64,000 nucleotides of DNA from Octopus bimaculoides (Eukaryota): contig NC_068997.1 in assembly GCF_001194135.2 (NCBI RefSeq), positions 13,725,392 through 13,789,391 on the forward strand, in the 5' to 3' direction. A program made the translations under genes and the position numbers. Below are positions 52,980 through 64,000 of the stretch, in pieces. Each line of letters opens with the position of its first letter. The stretch's first letter is position 1. The notes under the pieces were generated by a model that saw nothing but the letters and a program-made list of their open reading frames with translations, searched no databases and had not been told where the DNA came from.

Positions 52980-53027
52980 TCACAGCATGGAATCGAACTC
53001 GGAATCTTGGAGTTAGTTGCCCGCGGT
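52734..53027 (-). mobile_element. Family A hammerhead-tailed tRNA SINE, copy 3 (box A truncated)
   Basis: Box B reverse complement ggaatcgaactc (52989-53000), (AAT)n, HHR, 9-bp tail hairpin (52753-52761/52805-52813). Confidence 0.88.
52825..52870 (-). ncRNA. Minimal type I hammerhead ribozyme with canonical core (predicted dimer-dependent)
   Basis: GACAC CUGAUGA A GGCUG GAAGGUAUAU CAGCC GAAAC GUU GUGUU; predicted cleavage after GUU (between 52830 and 52829). Confidence 0.78.
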
Positions 53028-53109
53028 TTTTGTGTGTTTTTAAATGGCTTATAAACACCTTCCACGCTGCAATTGTTTATACTTATGTGTGTGTGTGTGT
53101 GTTTGTACC

Positions 53110-53154
<45 letters not shown>

Positions 53155-54036
53155 GTATGTATGTATATATGGAGTACGTAGGCCATGTATATGACGCTTC
53201 ACAGCAATTTCGAACGAAGCTATTGTTACATTGAGCTTACACGTAACTCTTCTAGCGTAACAAAAGTAGAGTCGTTGTCGCAAAGTAAACTTTTCAGTTT
53301 ATGCATAACGATTTTTACGACAATGCCATTAATGTTGTACTTACTAGGTTTTGCAAAATTTTTAAACTCCATTCGGCACTAATATAAATATTGAGCGATA
53401 GAACTTCAAAATATAGAATTAAATGAGCTTGCACTTAGTATTTTATTACACATATTGTTAAATCAGTTCATTACGATGCTACAATTTTTATATTGACGGA
53501 GGTTAGTGGCTTTCGTCATCATTATCACCATCATCATCATCATACTATTAATAACAATAATATGAAACTTATATGAATGTATAAGTGTCTGGATGTATAA
53601 ATACACATACATGCAAATCTATATCGATAATCTTCCTCATATATGTACATATATATATACACAAATGCACAGACACACACACACACACACATATATATGA
53701 ACAAATACATACATGCATATATATATACGTACCTACATAGTCACAAGTGTACATAGGAATAAAAATGTTTGTCTATATTCTTTATTGTTTCCTTAGCTCT
53801 TTCATCTTTCAGCCAAAACTTGTAGAAAAATTCAATCAATGAAACACGCGTTATTTTATTGGATACTTATCCAATCTTTGAAAAGTATGTCACTGCTTAT
53901 TGAGAAAAAAAAAATGGTAAGGAAATTACAACCATTCTCTTTTTTCTTTACTCTTTCATTAATACTTATCTTTCTTAGTTACTCATTCTTTCTCCATACC
54001 TGAACCCCACTCGCACTTTCTCCTCTTCTGTCTATG

Positions 54037-54091
<55 letters not shown>

Positions 54092-54384
54092 GTGAAGAAG
54101 AAGAGAAAGAGAGCAAGAGACACAGCAATTATTTTCTTTGTTTACACTTACAGTTTGCTCTTTGTTTCACTTATCGTTTACTGTCTCCTTATCTTCATCC
54201 ATATAATCATATATACATATTGTGTGTGTGTGTCTTTGTGTGTGTAAGTGTATGTATGTACGTGTGTGTGCGTGTTTGATCTTGTAAACAAGAGGAAAAT
54301 AACTCAATGTACAAAAAGAGTTTAATTATTTATTGGAGAGCTAAGATTACTCTCTGCTTCTACTCAGAGTTACTCGAACGTCTG

Positions 54385-54600
54385 TCGATTCATAAGTTTG
54401 TATGTGTGTAGTCAATTGAAATAAACGAGCATAAGCATAAGAGACAACGAGAGGATGTGCACAAGGAACGTATTAGTTTGACGCTCAGTAAAACGACACC
54501 TTTTGACGTTTCGAGCATATCTCTTCGTCTGAAAAGAGAAAAGGAAAAGTCCAAAGAGGGAAAAGAAATCGCCAACGGTATATGTGTAGTTACATTGCTG
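54385..54600 (-). mobile_element. Family B-related repeat; HHR-like motif at 54500-54536
   Basis: CUUUU CAGACGA A GAG AUAUG CUC GAAAC GUC AAAAG, followed by gagcgtcaaactaatac. Confidence 0.65.
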
Positions 54601-55679
54601 ATGTACGTATGTACGCATGTATGTATGTATGAATTGACCTATCTTTACACACACACACACACAAGCATAGTACCCATGAAAATATAACTTGAGTTTTCTC
54701 CCTTTCCTTTCTGCCTGCTCTTTTTTCTTTAGTCTCATTTTATGTCTTAAAATTCTTCTTACTCATTCAACTACCATTTTGTTCTTGTTTTCCACGTCAT
54801 CTCTTTCACTTTGGACATTGATTTCATCGGGGCCTCTCATCACCGAGAAGGACCGCTTCTCGCTGTGATGTCACAGAGAGAAGAAGATCTCGAAACGGTT
54901 TGCATTTACTCTCTATGACATTTGAAAGCTATTGGCGTCCGGCATGCGGAGCTTTCGATTGACAGATCTCCCAAAAGCAAGCGGTTTGCAAGTTTCCATT
55001 TCTCTTTATAATTCACTCTTCGTTGAACAAAGTACTAGAGGTCTACTGACATTTCCTTTCTGTCTATCCTCCATGCATCACTATATGACAATCTCTACGT
55101 ATAAATTTATCTACCCGATGCAGCTCTCTCAGTGCAGCAACTGATTTCTCCAGCTGCGTTGGCATAGTTTAAAAGAAACAATACAAAAATGAGCGTCCCA
55201 TACTTTTATATATATATTTGAGTATATATTCATATATACGAGAGTATGTTAGCATATGTATGCACTAGCAAATTAGAGTGTATGTATAGACTTGACATTT
55301 GAATACACATCTGCCTATCAACATCCATCTATCTGCCTGATACATATATGCATACATACATAGATGTATACATGCATACATAGTTGTATACATACATACA
55401 CACATACATGTACCACATTCATTCACATAAGTAGATTTCTGTATATATATTGAAAAATCACTTGATTTAATCCATTGTTCCTCTGACTTTATAGCATGTA
55501 AGTTATACGGGATACACATGTAATCAATCACACAATATACTGTCCAAATAATTGCTTATATAATTACGTGATTGAAATTTGGACTAACAATGGAATTATT
55601 TATGAACGTAAGCTCTACTCTATACATTGAGTGCTCTCATCTTTCATTTGTAATGTTTACAAACATAAATGCATGTACT

Positions 55680-55721
<42 letters not shown>

Positions 55722-56164
55722 TANNNNNNNNNNNNNNNNNNNNNNNNNNNNNNNNNNNNNNNNNNNNNNNNNNNNNNNNNNNNNNNNNNNNNNNNNNNNN
55801 NNNNNNNNNNNNNNNNNNNNNNNNNNNNNNNNNNNNNNNNNNNNNNNNNNNNNNNNNNNNNNNNNNNNNNNNNNNNNNNNNNNNNNNNNNNNNNNNNNNN
55901 NNNNNNNNNNNNNNNNNNNNNNNNNNNNNNNNNNNNNNNNNNNNNNNNNNNNNNNNNNNNNNNNNNNNNNNNNNNNNNNNNNNNNNNNNNNNNNNNNNNN
56001 NCACACACACACATTGTACCTACTCTCTGTGTTCTATTACCTCCTTTCAAACTTTCTGTTTATGTCTACTCATTTCTACACACAATATGAAAGTAAACTT
56101 AATATATTTGCATTCATACATGTATCAGTTTGATAATGGCAGCTAATATATACGTATATAATAC

Positions 56165-56197
<33 letters not shown>

Positions 56198-56869
56198 TGT
56201 ATGTATGTATATATGTCTCTGTGTGTGTGTGTGTGTGTACGTCGTATATGCATCTCTATAAGTTTGTATGTATATATATATATATATATGATTGTGCTTG
56301 CGTATATATATTCTAATCTAAATCACATAGATCTATGAGAAGTAGAGAAAACAGCCAGAAATATGTGTGTATACGGAGAGGTCTATTGTCGTGCATGTAT
56401 ATAATAACCTACAGTATATATTGATTTGGAAATGTATGATTTGTTGTATGTATGTGCGTATGTGTGTATGCATGTGTGTATGAGTATGAGCATGTTTTTT
56501 TATTCTCTTATTTCTCCGCCTTTCAAACCTACATTTGCATGTATCAATAAATGGAGAACAATGATTATGGTGAAGAATTTGGTGACAGAGAGAATGGTGA
56601 AGAGGAAAGGAAAAAAGTAAAGACTAATGAAATGTGAAAGAAAACAATTGTTTGACATAAGGAGGACCTGATAATGATGTTCTCTGATGACGGCGATGAT
56701 GGTGAAGAGAAGGAGGAGGGAATAGAAGAAGAAGAAGAAGAAGAAGAAAGGGAAGAGGGAGGGAGGGGAAAAACATTGAGGTGTAAGAGGAGAGAAAGGA
56801 AGATGAAGAGGGAGACATGGGAAAATAAATATATTTCTGATTCTTATATTTATGCTGCCGTTGATAATA

Positions 56870-57033
56870 TGGTGATTATAAATGACGACGACGATGATGA
56901 TGATGATGATGATGATGAAGAAGAAGAAAAAGAGGATAATGATGATAATTTAGAGGAGGATGGGAGAAATAGGAGTGGGAGATGATGATTATGATGATTA
57001 TATACCAATGATTACATGATGGAAATAAAAGGG

Positions 57034-57084
<51 letters not shown>

Positions 57085-57300
57085 CAATGTCGACGTCAAT
57101 GACGATGACGACTTCAACGACGATGACGATGACACTGATGTCAACAACTTACAAACACAAATGATGATGAAAAAAAATTAGGATGTGGTCGATGGAGAAA
57201 ACGATGTTGAATGAGGATTGTGGTTGATGTTGTTGATAACATTGATGATGATGATGATGACAGTAACTATAAGAAGAAGAAGAAAGAGAGGAAGGAAAGA
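56870..57300. repeat. (GAT)n/(GAA)n low-complexity tract
   Basis: The acidic ORF 56674-56985 is made of these repeats; no coding evidence. Confidence 0.85.
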
Positions 57301-58590
57301 TAAGGTTTAGTAGATAAAAATGCCGATGATAGAGAACAGCATCAGGAACAAGATGCGAAAATAATGATAAAGCCATCAACAGTAACAGCAAGAACAAAAA
57401 AATACGAAAAGAAATATAAGAAGGGTTAATGAACTATAACGGAGGAAGCTGAGGTTAGTAGATAACAGACAAATGAAGGAAAAAAGAAACCAAGAATTAA
57501 TTCAATGAAATCAAAATCTACTGAAAGAGTCTAACAGAAAATTAAAATGTTCAATAAACAATGAATAAAGCAAAGAATGAAAAGCGAATAAGAATAAAGA
57601 ACAAATTGAAAATTGAAAACAAAGTTTGCTTAAATAAAATATCTGAATGATTTACTAAAAGAATGAGTAGAGAGAATGAAACACCATTGTTGTAAAAATT
57701 ACTAGGCTAAAATATGAATTGCGCGATCGTATGTTCGAATTAAACGACATCCATTCTATTGCACTTGCGAATCTATTTAATTTATATATATATATATATA
57801 TATATNNNNNNNNNNNNNNNNNNNNNNNNNNNNNNNNNNNNNNNNNNNNNNNNNNNNNNNNNNNNNNNNNNNNNNNNNNNNNNNNNNNNNNNNNNNNNNN
57901 NNNNNNNNNNNNNNNNNNNNNNNNNNNNNNNNNNNNNNNNNNNNNNNNNNNNNNNNNNNNNNNNNNNNNNNNNNNNNNNNNNNNNNNNNNNNNNNNNNNN
58001 NNNNNNNNNNNNNNNNNNNNNNNNNNNNNNNNNNNNNNNNNNNNNNNNNNNNNNNNNNNNNNNNNNNNNNNNNNNNNNNNNNNNNNNNNNNNNNNNNNNN
58101 NNNNNNNNNNNNNNNNNNNNNNNNNNNNNNNNNNNNNNNNNNNNNNNNNNNNNNNNNNNNNNNNNNNNNNNNNNNNNNNNNNNNNNNNNNNNNNNNNTGC
58201 TATATTTCATGTTGAGAACCTTTTTAGGTCTTAATAGACACAAGATGTGATCTATTTCTAGCGCATTAATTGTCCACGTTAGTGGTCGACGTTATTTTTT
58301 AAAATGTACCTTAATCCCCTGAGATTGCAGATAATATTTCTGAATCTTTTTGATTCTTTAAATGTGCTGGCCCCCTGATAATTAATCGAGATTAATTAAT
58401 ATATTAATATATGACTAATTACCAGATCTTATAATAATTATATATGTAGATAGATAGATAGATAGATAGATAGATATACAGATATATATACATATATATA
58501 GATATATATGTAACGGATAATAAAACGAATGGTTTACAGCCGGTTGCTTACTGGTAAAGCACAGTCACTTTCACAGTGATCGCTATGCAT

Positions 58591-58883
58591 ATGGCAAATG
58601 AAAGACGGAAAATTGAATATATGAGAATTTATTATTAATCATGACACTTGTTTCGGCACATCTAGCATCAATTCCTCTTGGGTGGGACACTCAACAACTG
58701 GTTCAGGAGCATCCGGTAATGCAGATGTTTCTCACCGGGTTATAAACAAACACAACTCGTTAAAATGACTGTTCCGCAATACAACTTTCCGTTTTCTAGA
58801 GGAATCGATGCTAGATAAGTCGAAACAATTGTCGTGATTAATAATAAATGCTCGTATATTCCATCTCTGTCTTTCACTTGCTA
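58591..58883. mobile_element. Family C: ~86-bp inverted arms each carrying a degenerate HHR motif
   Basis: 58591-58678 (-) and 58798-58883 (+) share agaggaat.gatgctagat...cgaaacaa.tgtc.tgattaataataaat; ~119-bp spacer. Confidence 0.7.
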
Positions 58884-59360
58884 TATATATATATATATAT
58901 ATATNNNNNNNNNNNNNNNNNNNNNNNNNNNNNNNNNNNNNNNNNNNNNNNNNNNNNNNNNNNNNNNNNNNNNNNNNNNNNNNNNNNNNNNNNNNNNNNN
59001 NNNNNNNNNNNNNNNNNNNNNNNNNNNNNNNNNNNNNNNNNNNNNNNNNNNNNNNNNNNNNNNNNNNNNNNNNNNNNNNNNNNNNNNNNNNNNNNNNNNN
59101 NNNNNNNNNNNNNNNNNNNNNNNNNNNNNNNNNNNNNNNNNNNNNNNNNNNNNNNNNNNNNNNNNNNNNNNNNNNNNNNNNNNNNNNNNNNNNNNNNNNN
59201 NNNNNNNNNNNNNNNNNNNNNNNNNNNNNNNNNNNNNNNNNNNNNNNNNNNNNNNNNNNNNNNNNNNNNNNNNNNNNNNNNNNNNNNNNNNNNNNNNNNN
59301 NNNNNNNNNNNNNNNNNNNNNNNNNNNNNNNNNNNNNNNNNNNNNNNNNNNNNNNNNAAG

Positions 59361-60087
59361 AAGTACAAAATGAAGAAAATAATATATAAAACAATTATAT
59401 ATAAAAAAATAAATATACCAATACATTATATTGTCTTTGAGTTTTTGAAGTTCAATGGTAATCCATGTAGATAATAGTTGGAAAAACTAGGATGCATGAG
59501 GTTGAGAGTTGTGTTTTGTTTTAAAAAAGAAAGGGTCTGAAAGTTTGTGTTAAGCAGGAAGTGTGGTGTCAAAACAGGAAGTGGGTGTAAGGGAAGACAA
59601 TTCTGTGGGTTTTATACTCTTTAGTTGGAGTTCTGGACTCCTTGTCATCAGGAAGTTTATGTCTGTTCTTAGAGAAATATGGTCACCGATGGGTTTGTGT
59701 GTTAAGAAGTGGTTAGAATTTCTCTATAAAAAGATTCTCCTTGTTGATTCTTTCTTGTGTGGAGATTCTCTCTTTACATTGATAGAAAGGGAATATAAGG
59801 GATTTAGTGTTTTTGTTTCTGGCGCAAGAGTCTATGTAGTCACTGAATATAGAGTATAAAACCCACAGAATTGTCTTCCCTTACACACACTTCCTGTTTT
59901 GACACCACACTTCCTGCTTAACACAAACTTTCAGACCCTTTCTTTCTTTAAACAAAACACAACTCTCAATCATTCTAGTTTTTCCAACTATTATCTACAT
60001 GGATTACCATTGAACTTTAAAAACTCAAAGACAATATAATGTATTGGTATATTTATTTCTTTATATATTATTTTTTAATTTTTTGTA
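59361..60087 (-). mobile_element. Penelope-like element 3' relic with inverted pLTR copy
   Basis: Arms 59361-59620 and 59851-60087 differ by only a few substitutions and indels; the spacer encodes a GIY-YIG C-terminus. Confidence 0.85.
59683..59850 (-). pseudogene. PLE GIY-YIG endonuclease C-terminal fragment
   Basis: IFSDYIDSCARNKNTKSLIFPFYQCKERISTQERINKENLFIEKF*PLLNTQTHR*, matching the PLE ending C...IFPFY..KE..FI.KF.P.LN with one K-to-stop change. Confidence 0.75.
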
Positions 60088-60206
60088 AAAAACATTTTCA
60101 TTCTCTCTCTTCTTGAAAATTTGCCATGCAATGAAAGCCGGTTAGAAATCCAGCACAATCTTCGGGCACTATAGACATGCCATAAGTAATATTTATAAAT
60201 ACTTAT

Positions 60207-60420
60207 ATTGGTTTCAAAATTTGGCAGAAGGCCAGTAACTTTGAGGAGAGAGCAAGTAGTTTACATGATTACATCGACCCCAGGGTTCAAGTAATACTTA
60301 TTTTATCAACACCGAAATGATGAAAGGCAAAGTCGACCTCGGTGGGATTTGAACTCAGAACATAAAGACAGACGAAATGCTGCTAAGCTTTGTTCGGCAC
60401 GGTAATGATACTACCAGTTC
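60207..60420 (-). mobile_element. S1 SINE
   Basis: attggtttcaaaatttggc..aaagtcgacctcggtgggatttgaactcagaacataaagacagacgaaatgctgctaagc. Confidence 0.85.
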
Positions 60421-60717
60421 TGTATTGTTATATACATATATTAGGAGAAAATGAAATGAGTCATTATGGAAATGAGAAATCTGTTTCATTAATTTTTTTT
60501 GAAGTAATAAATTATTTTCTTTAAGAATTAGTGTTCCTTTCAACATTTTGTATAAGCTCCAAGATGTCTGATAAAAGTTACGTTATATTTATTCTATGTT
60601 CACCATTTTTGCTGTTATTATCAATTTAGACAAACGTATACTTCTAATGTTACCTGACATATGACGGTTAATATTTTAACATGTACGTACATATATACAC
60701 GCGCAAGTCTGGACACA

Positions 60718-60756
<39 letters not shown>

Positions 60757-61086
60757 ATACGTATGTATATATGACTGTATGACTATATATAATTGGATTG
60801 CGATTTGTTATATCGAATCTTATCTGTAAGTCAAGAACGAAATATGAAACATGAAAGAATGTATTCTGCAAAGATGAAAGTCAATGTGAAATAGTCTGAA
60901 GTTCTCACTGGAAAGCTGACGTTATTAAAATTCCTCATTTGAAATCATACGTTCAAAAAGTTACTACCCAGTCTCAAATGTGAGGGAAGATGTAAAGTAA
61001 TTTAATCTTTTATTCTTTGTGCGTTCCACTTGTTTATGGATGCGCGTGTTACATAATGTTGAGTTTGCGAAACCCTAGGTCACTAA

Positions 61087-61139
<53 letters not shown>

Positions 61140-61974
61140 NNNNNNNNNNTATATATACATATATGTATGTATGTATGTATGTCTGTGTGTGCTTGTGTAT
61201 GTATGTATGTAAGTATGCTTCAATATGACAGCAAAAACATAATGCAATCTACCGTATGTACGTCAATGCTGTTTGTTGACTTGCCAGGTTTTGTTACTTT
61301 TTTATGTTTTATTGTTATCTTCATTTCTTTTTCTTTTCTTTTTTTTTTTTGTTTGTTTTGTTTTTCTTCTTTTCTGTCGTATAAATATATGATATGGCCA
61401 ATACTGCATTTTAGCAAATCGTACTAACTATAAATGCAGATACATGACAAGCAAATCTTCAATAAAAATTAACTAACATTTACCATTTAACTTTGGTATT
61501 GATAGAAGAACATGGCGCAACTATACTTTGGTCACATGATTACTACAGGGTTCCTCAGAATTTAATGTACTGACAGCCATTTTATCAGTGCATCAAACGC
61601 AGGCGCTTGTTTTATCTTAAAGACCATTAAGAATACCCAAGAGACATTATTACCAGTTTCCATGTACTACTTATTATTATTATCATTATTATTATTATTA
61701 TTATTATTATTGCTATTGTTGATGTTTTGTTGTTATGTATTATTGTAATTTTTGTAGTGTTCTTTTAATATTATTATTAATTATGTATATATAGTTTTCT
61801 CCTGTCTGGGGAAAGAGAGAAATTGTGCATGAGTGTGAGATGTGTGTGTGTTTGTGCGTGTATGTGTGACTGTCTGTCTGTCAGTGCTTGTGTGTACATA
61901 TGTATTTTTATGTGCCTCTATAAATAATCACCGCCTAGATTTTTTTTATTCCACACCACGAACTCCGATGCAGT

Positions 61975-62116
61975 TGCGTATATATGTATTACGTATACGT
62001 ATAACAATACACACGCACATATATATATACATATATACACCATACATATGTATGTATATACAGACATGTATGTATATATATATGTATATATATGCATATG
62101 CATATATATGCATATG

Positions 62117-62214
<98 letters not shown>

Positions 62215-62270
62215 CATGTGTATATGTATAAATATATTCCTATGCATACACACATACATATATATATATA
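61975..62270. repeat. Compound (TA)n/(TG)n microsatellite (similar block at 63565-63690)
   Basis: Direct inspection. Confidence 0.9.
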
Positions 62271-62959
62271 TGAATAGAGTAAATGGTTCGTAGACAGTCT
62301 CTAACAACTGAATTGTCTAGTTCCATTGAACTCTGAAGTATGAGAGTCCAAAATTTAGGCAAATTGATTATGACTATTGCAAATATCTTTGTGTTTATAT
62401 CGATTGATCAATATATCAATCGCATTCTCTCTTTCTCTTTATTTGTACCCAAACATGTGTGTATCCATTTTTGTATAAACATATCTCAACTTGTGAGAGA
62501 ATCGTTTTTATTCATAACAATTTTAACTTTGCTTTAGAATAATATAGGGCTTATAACTATCCTATTTTCAGATAGATTCATGAACCTTACTGGAAAAATA
62601 GTTTTACAGTTCCTTTGACCCTTTCTAGTTTATGTATAGTCTGCTACATAAAGTGTAATGCTGAACATTAAATTTTAGTTTTCGTCAGCCAAAATTTTTG
62701 TGGAACCGACTTCATTTTCTCCATTGCTGCTAGAAATAACAACGAAGTTTTTCTAGAATTACGTCTTGTCATTTTCAGAAAATATATGGCAGGCTGAAAT
62801 ATGTACAGGCGTTGATATGAAAATCAACCTGAATGTGGTTCCCCCAACAAAGGCGCAGTCGATGATTTAAACCAATACAAAAGAATAAATAATAATATGG
62901 ATGTGTATATATGGGAGTATGTATATTGTGCGATCTAAATTCGAAGACAACAAATTACC

Positions 62960-63120
62960 AGTATTTATACCTCCATATGTATTCCTGGATACCCAAAGGT
63001 TGTTGTGAAGATGATCCATAGTATAATCTGAGATTCATTTAGTCGGGATCTACAGTTGTGTAAGACACATAGTATAGACAGAAACCGGGGTTGTGACCAT
63101 CTGGTATTTATTTACAGTTC
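62960..63120 (+). pseudogene. Possible RTE-type LINE RT relic
   Basis: GYPKVVVKMIHSII*..RNRGCDHLVFIY loosely resembles G.P.K.V.MI.S..GV.QGC..P.LF.I. Confidence 0.3.
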
Positions 63121-63563
63121 AAACTTTCCTTTTCTGGAAATTTCATACTTGACAACCTAATATGTGTGCGCGTGTGTGTGTGTGTTGTTGTGTAGGTATG
63201 AAATGAGGCTGCTGTACCAAATGACAAAGACAAAAATAATCATAATGGATTGAAATTTCTTCTTAGAAAAAAACTTACGGCCAGTCGTTAGAGATTCGCA
63301 AGAATCTCTGAAATTCTTGTGAATCTCTAGATTAAAACAAAGGAAAGAAAAAAGAAAATTTTACGACACAATGAATAAAAAAAAAAAGGTTTTCTATCTC
63401 CAACGGAGAGAGAAATATTTTTCAAATCATTAGGAATTATTTTCTTACATCGTTCGTAATGACAAAATTTACTGTATATAAATAAATCTATGCCACCGGA
63501 TTAAGTAACATATATATGCATCTATGCATACATTCATGGATGCATATAAACATACATACACTA

Positions 63564-63661
<98 letters not shown>

Positions 63662-64000
63662 GTGTGTACGTGTGTGAGAGTGAGAGAGAGAGATTAGAGG
63701 GATATATTATTCAGTGGATACCGTGGTAGCCCTCAGTTATGCTCCAGATTACGGTTAACCGCATCGATTAGTATTTAACATCTATGACTACTAGAGGTTG
63801 TCGCTGACGCTGTAAATTCCTCCGATAGATAATTCGGTGTTCGCTTCACTGGATGGTAATATTATCTGGAGTGTATACTTGCAATAATTATATCGATAGA
63901 GAATATGGAGACTGTTACATAAATTTTGAGGACATACCAGTCACCATACTCTCTACAGTTATAATTATTGCAAATATATATATATATATATATATATATA

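Noticed and set aside
54830-55215. Possible Tc1/mariner relic or MITE (ttctccagctgc motif also at ~46981)
   Set aside because: No clear TIR pair or transposase motif could be established by eye

Overview
AT-rich, gapped (13 N runs), microsatellite-dense animal DNA. No host protein-coding exon, intact tRNA/rRNA gene or CRISPR array is recognisable. The ORF track consists almost entirely of translated microsatellites, low-complexity tracts and N runs. The repeat content resembles an octopus/cephalopod genome; this is an inference and no database search was run. The window contains about 25 copies of one tRNA-derived SINE (S1), about 8 of a second (S2), two of a third (S3), a fourth type (S4), a ~200-bp AATAGCAGCCAAAT repeat, LINE and mariner relics, and several Penelope-like element (PLE) relics of at least two endonuclease types. 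The main observation is a set of non-autonomous repeats carrying minimal hammerhead-ribozyme (HHR) motifs of the PLE-associated, dimer-dependent type. These are: (A) a tRNA-headed SINE with an HHR in its 3' part (3 copies; canonical core at 52825-52870); (B) a (TA)n-associated ~200-bp repeat with a variant HHR (4 copies); and (C) an inverted pair with GAAAC-AAUU-GUC. Three loci show the 'tails-out' inverted arrangement typical of PLE integration, one of them around a PLE GIY-YIG C-terminus. Together these suggest a PLE-mobilised Pol III SINE/ribozyme system (inference). Family names S1-S4, A-C and R are working labels. Ends of degenerate copies are approximate and all alignments were done by eye.
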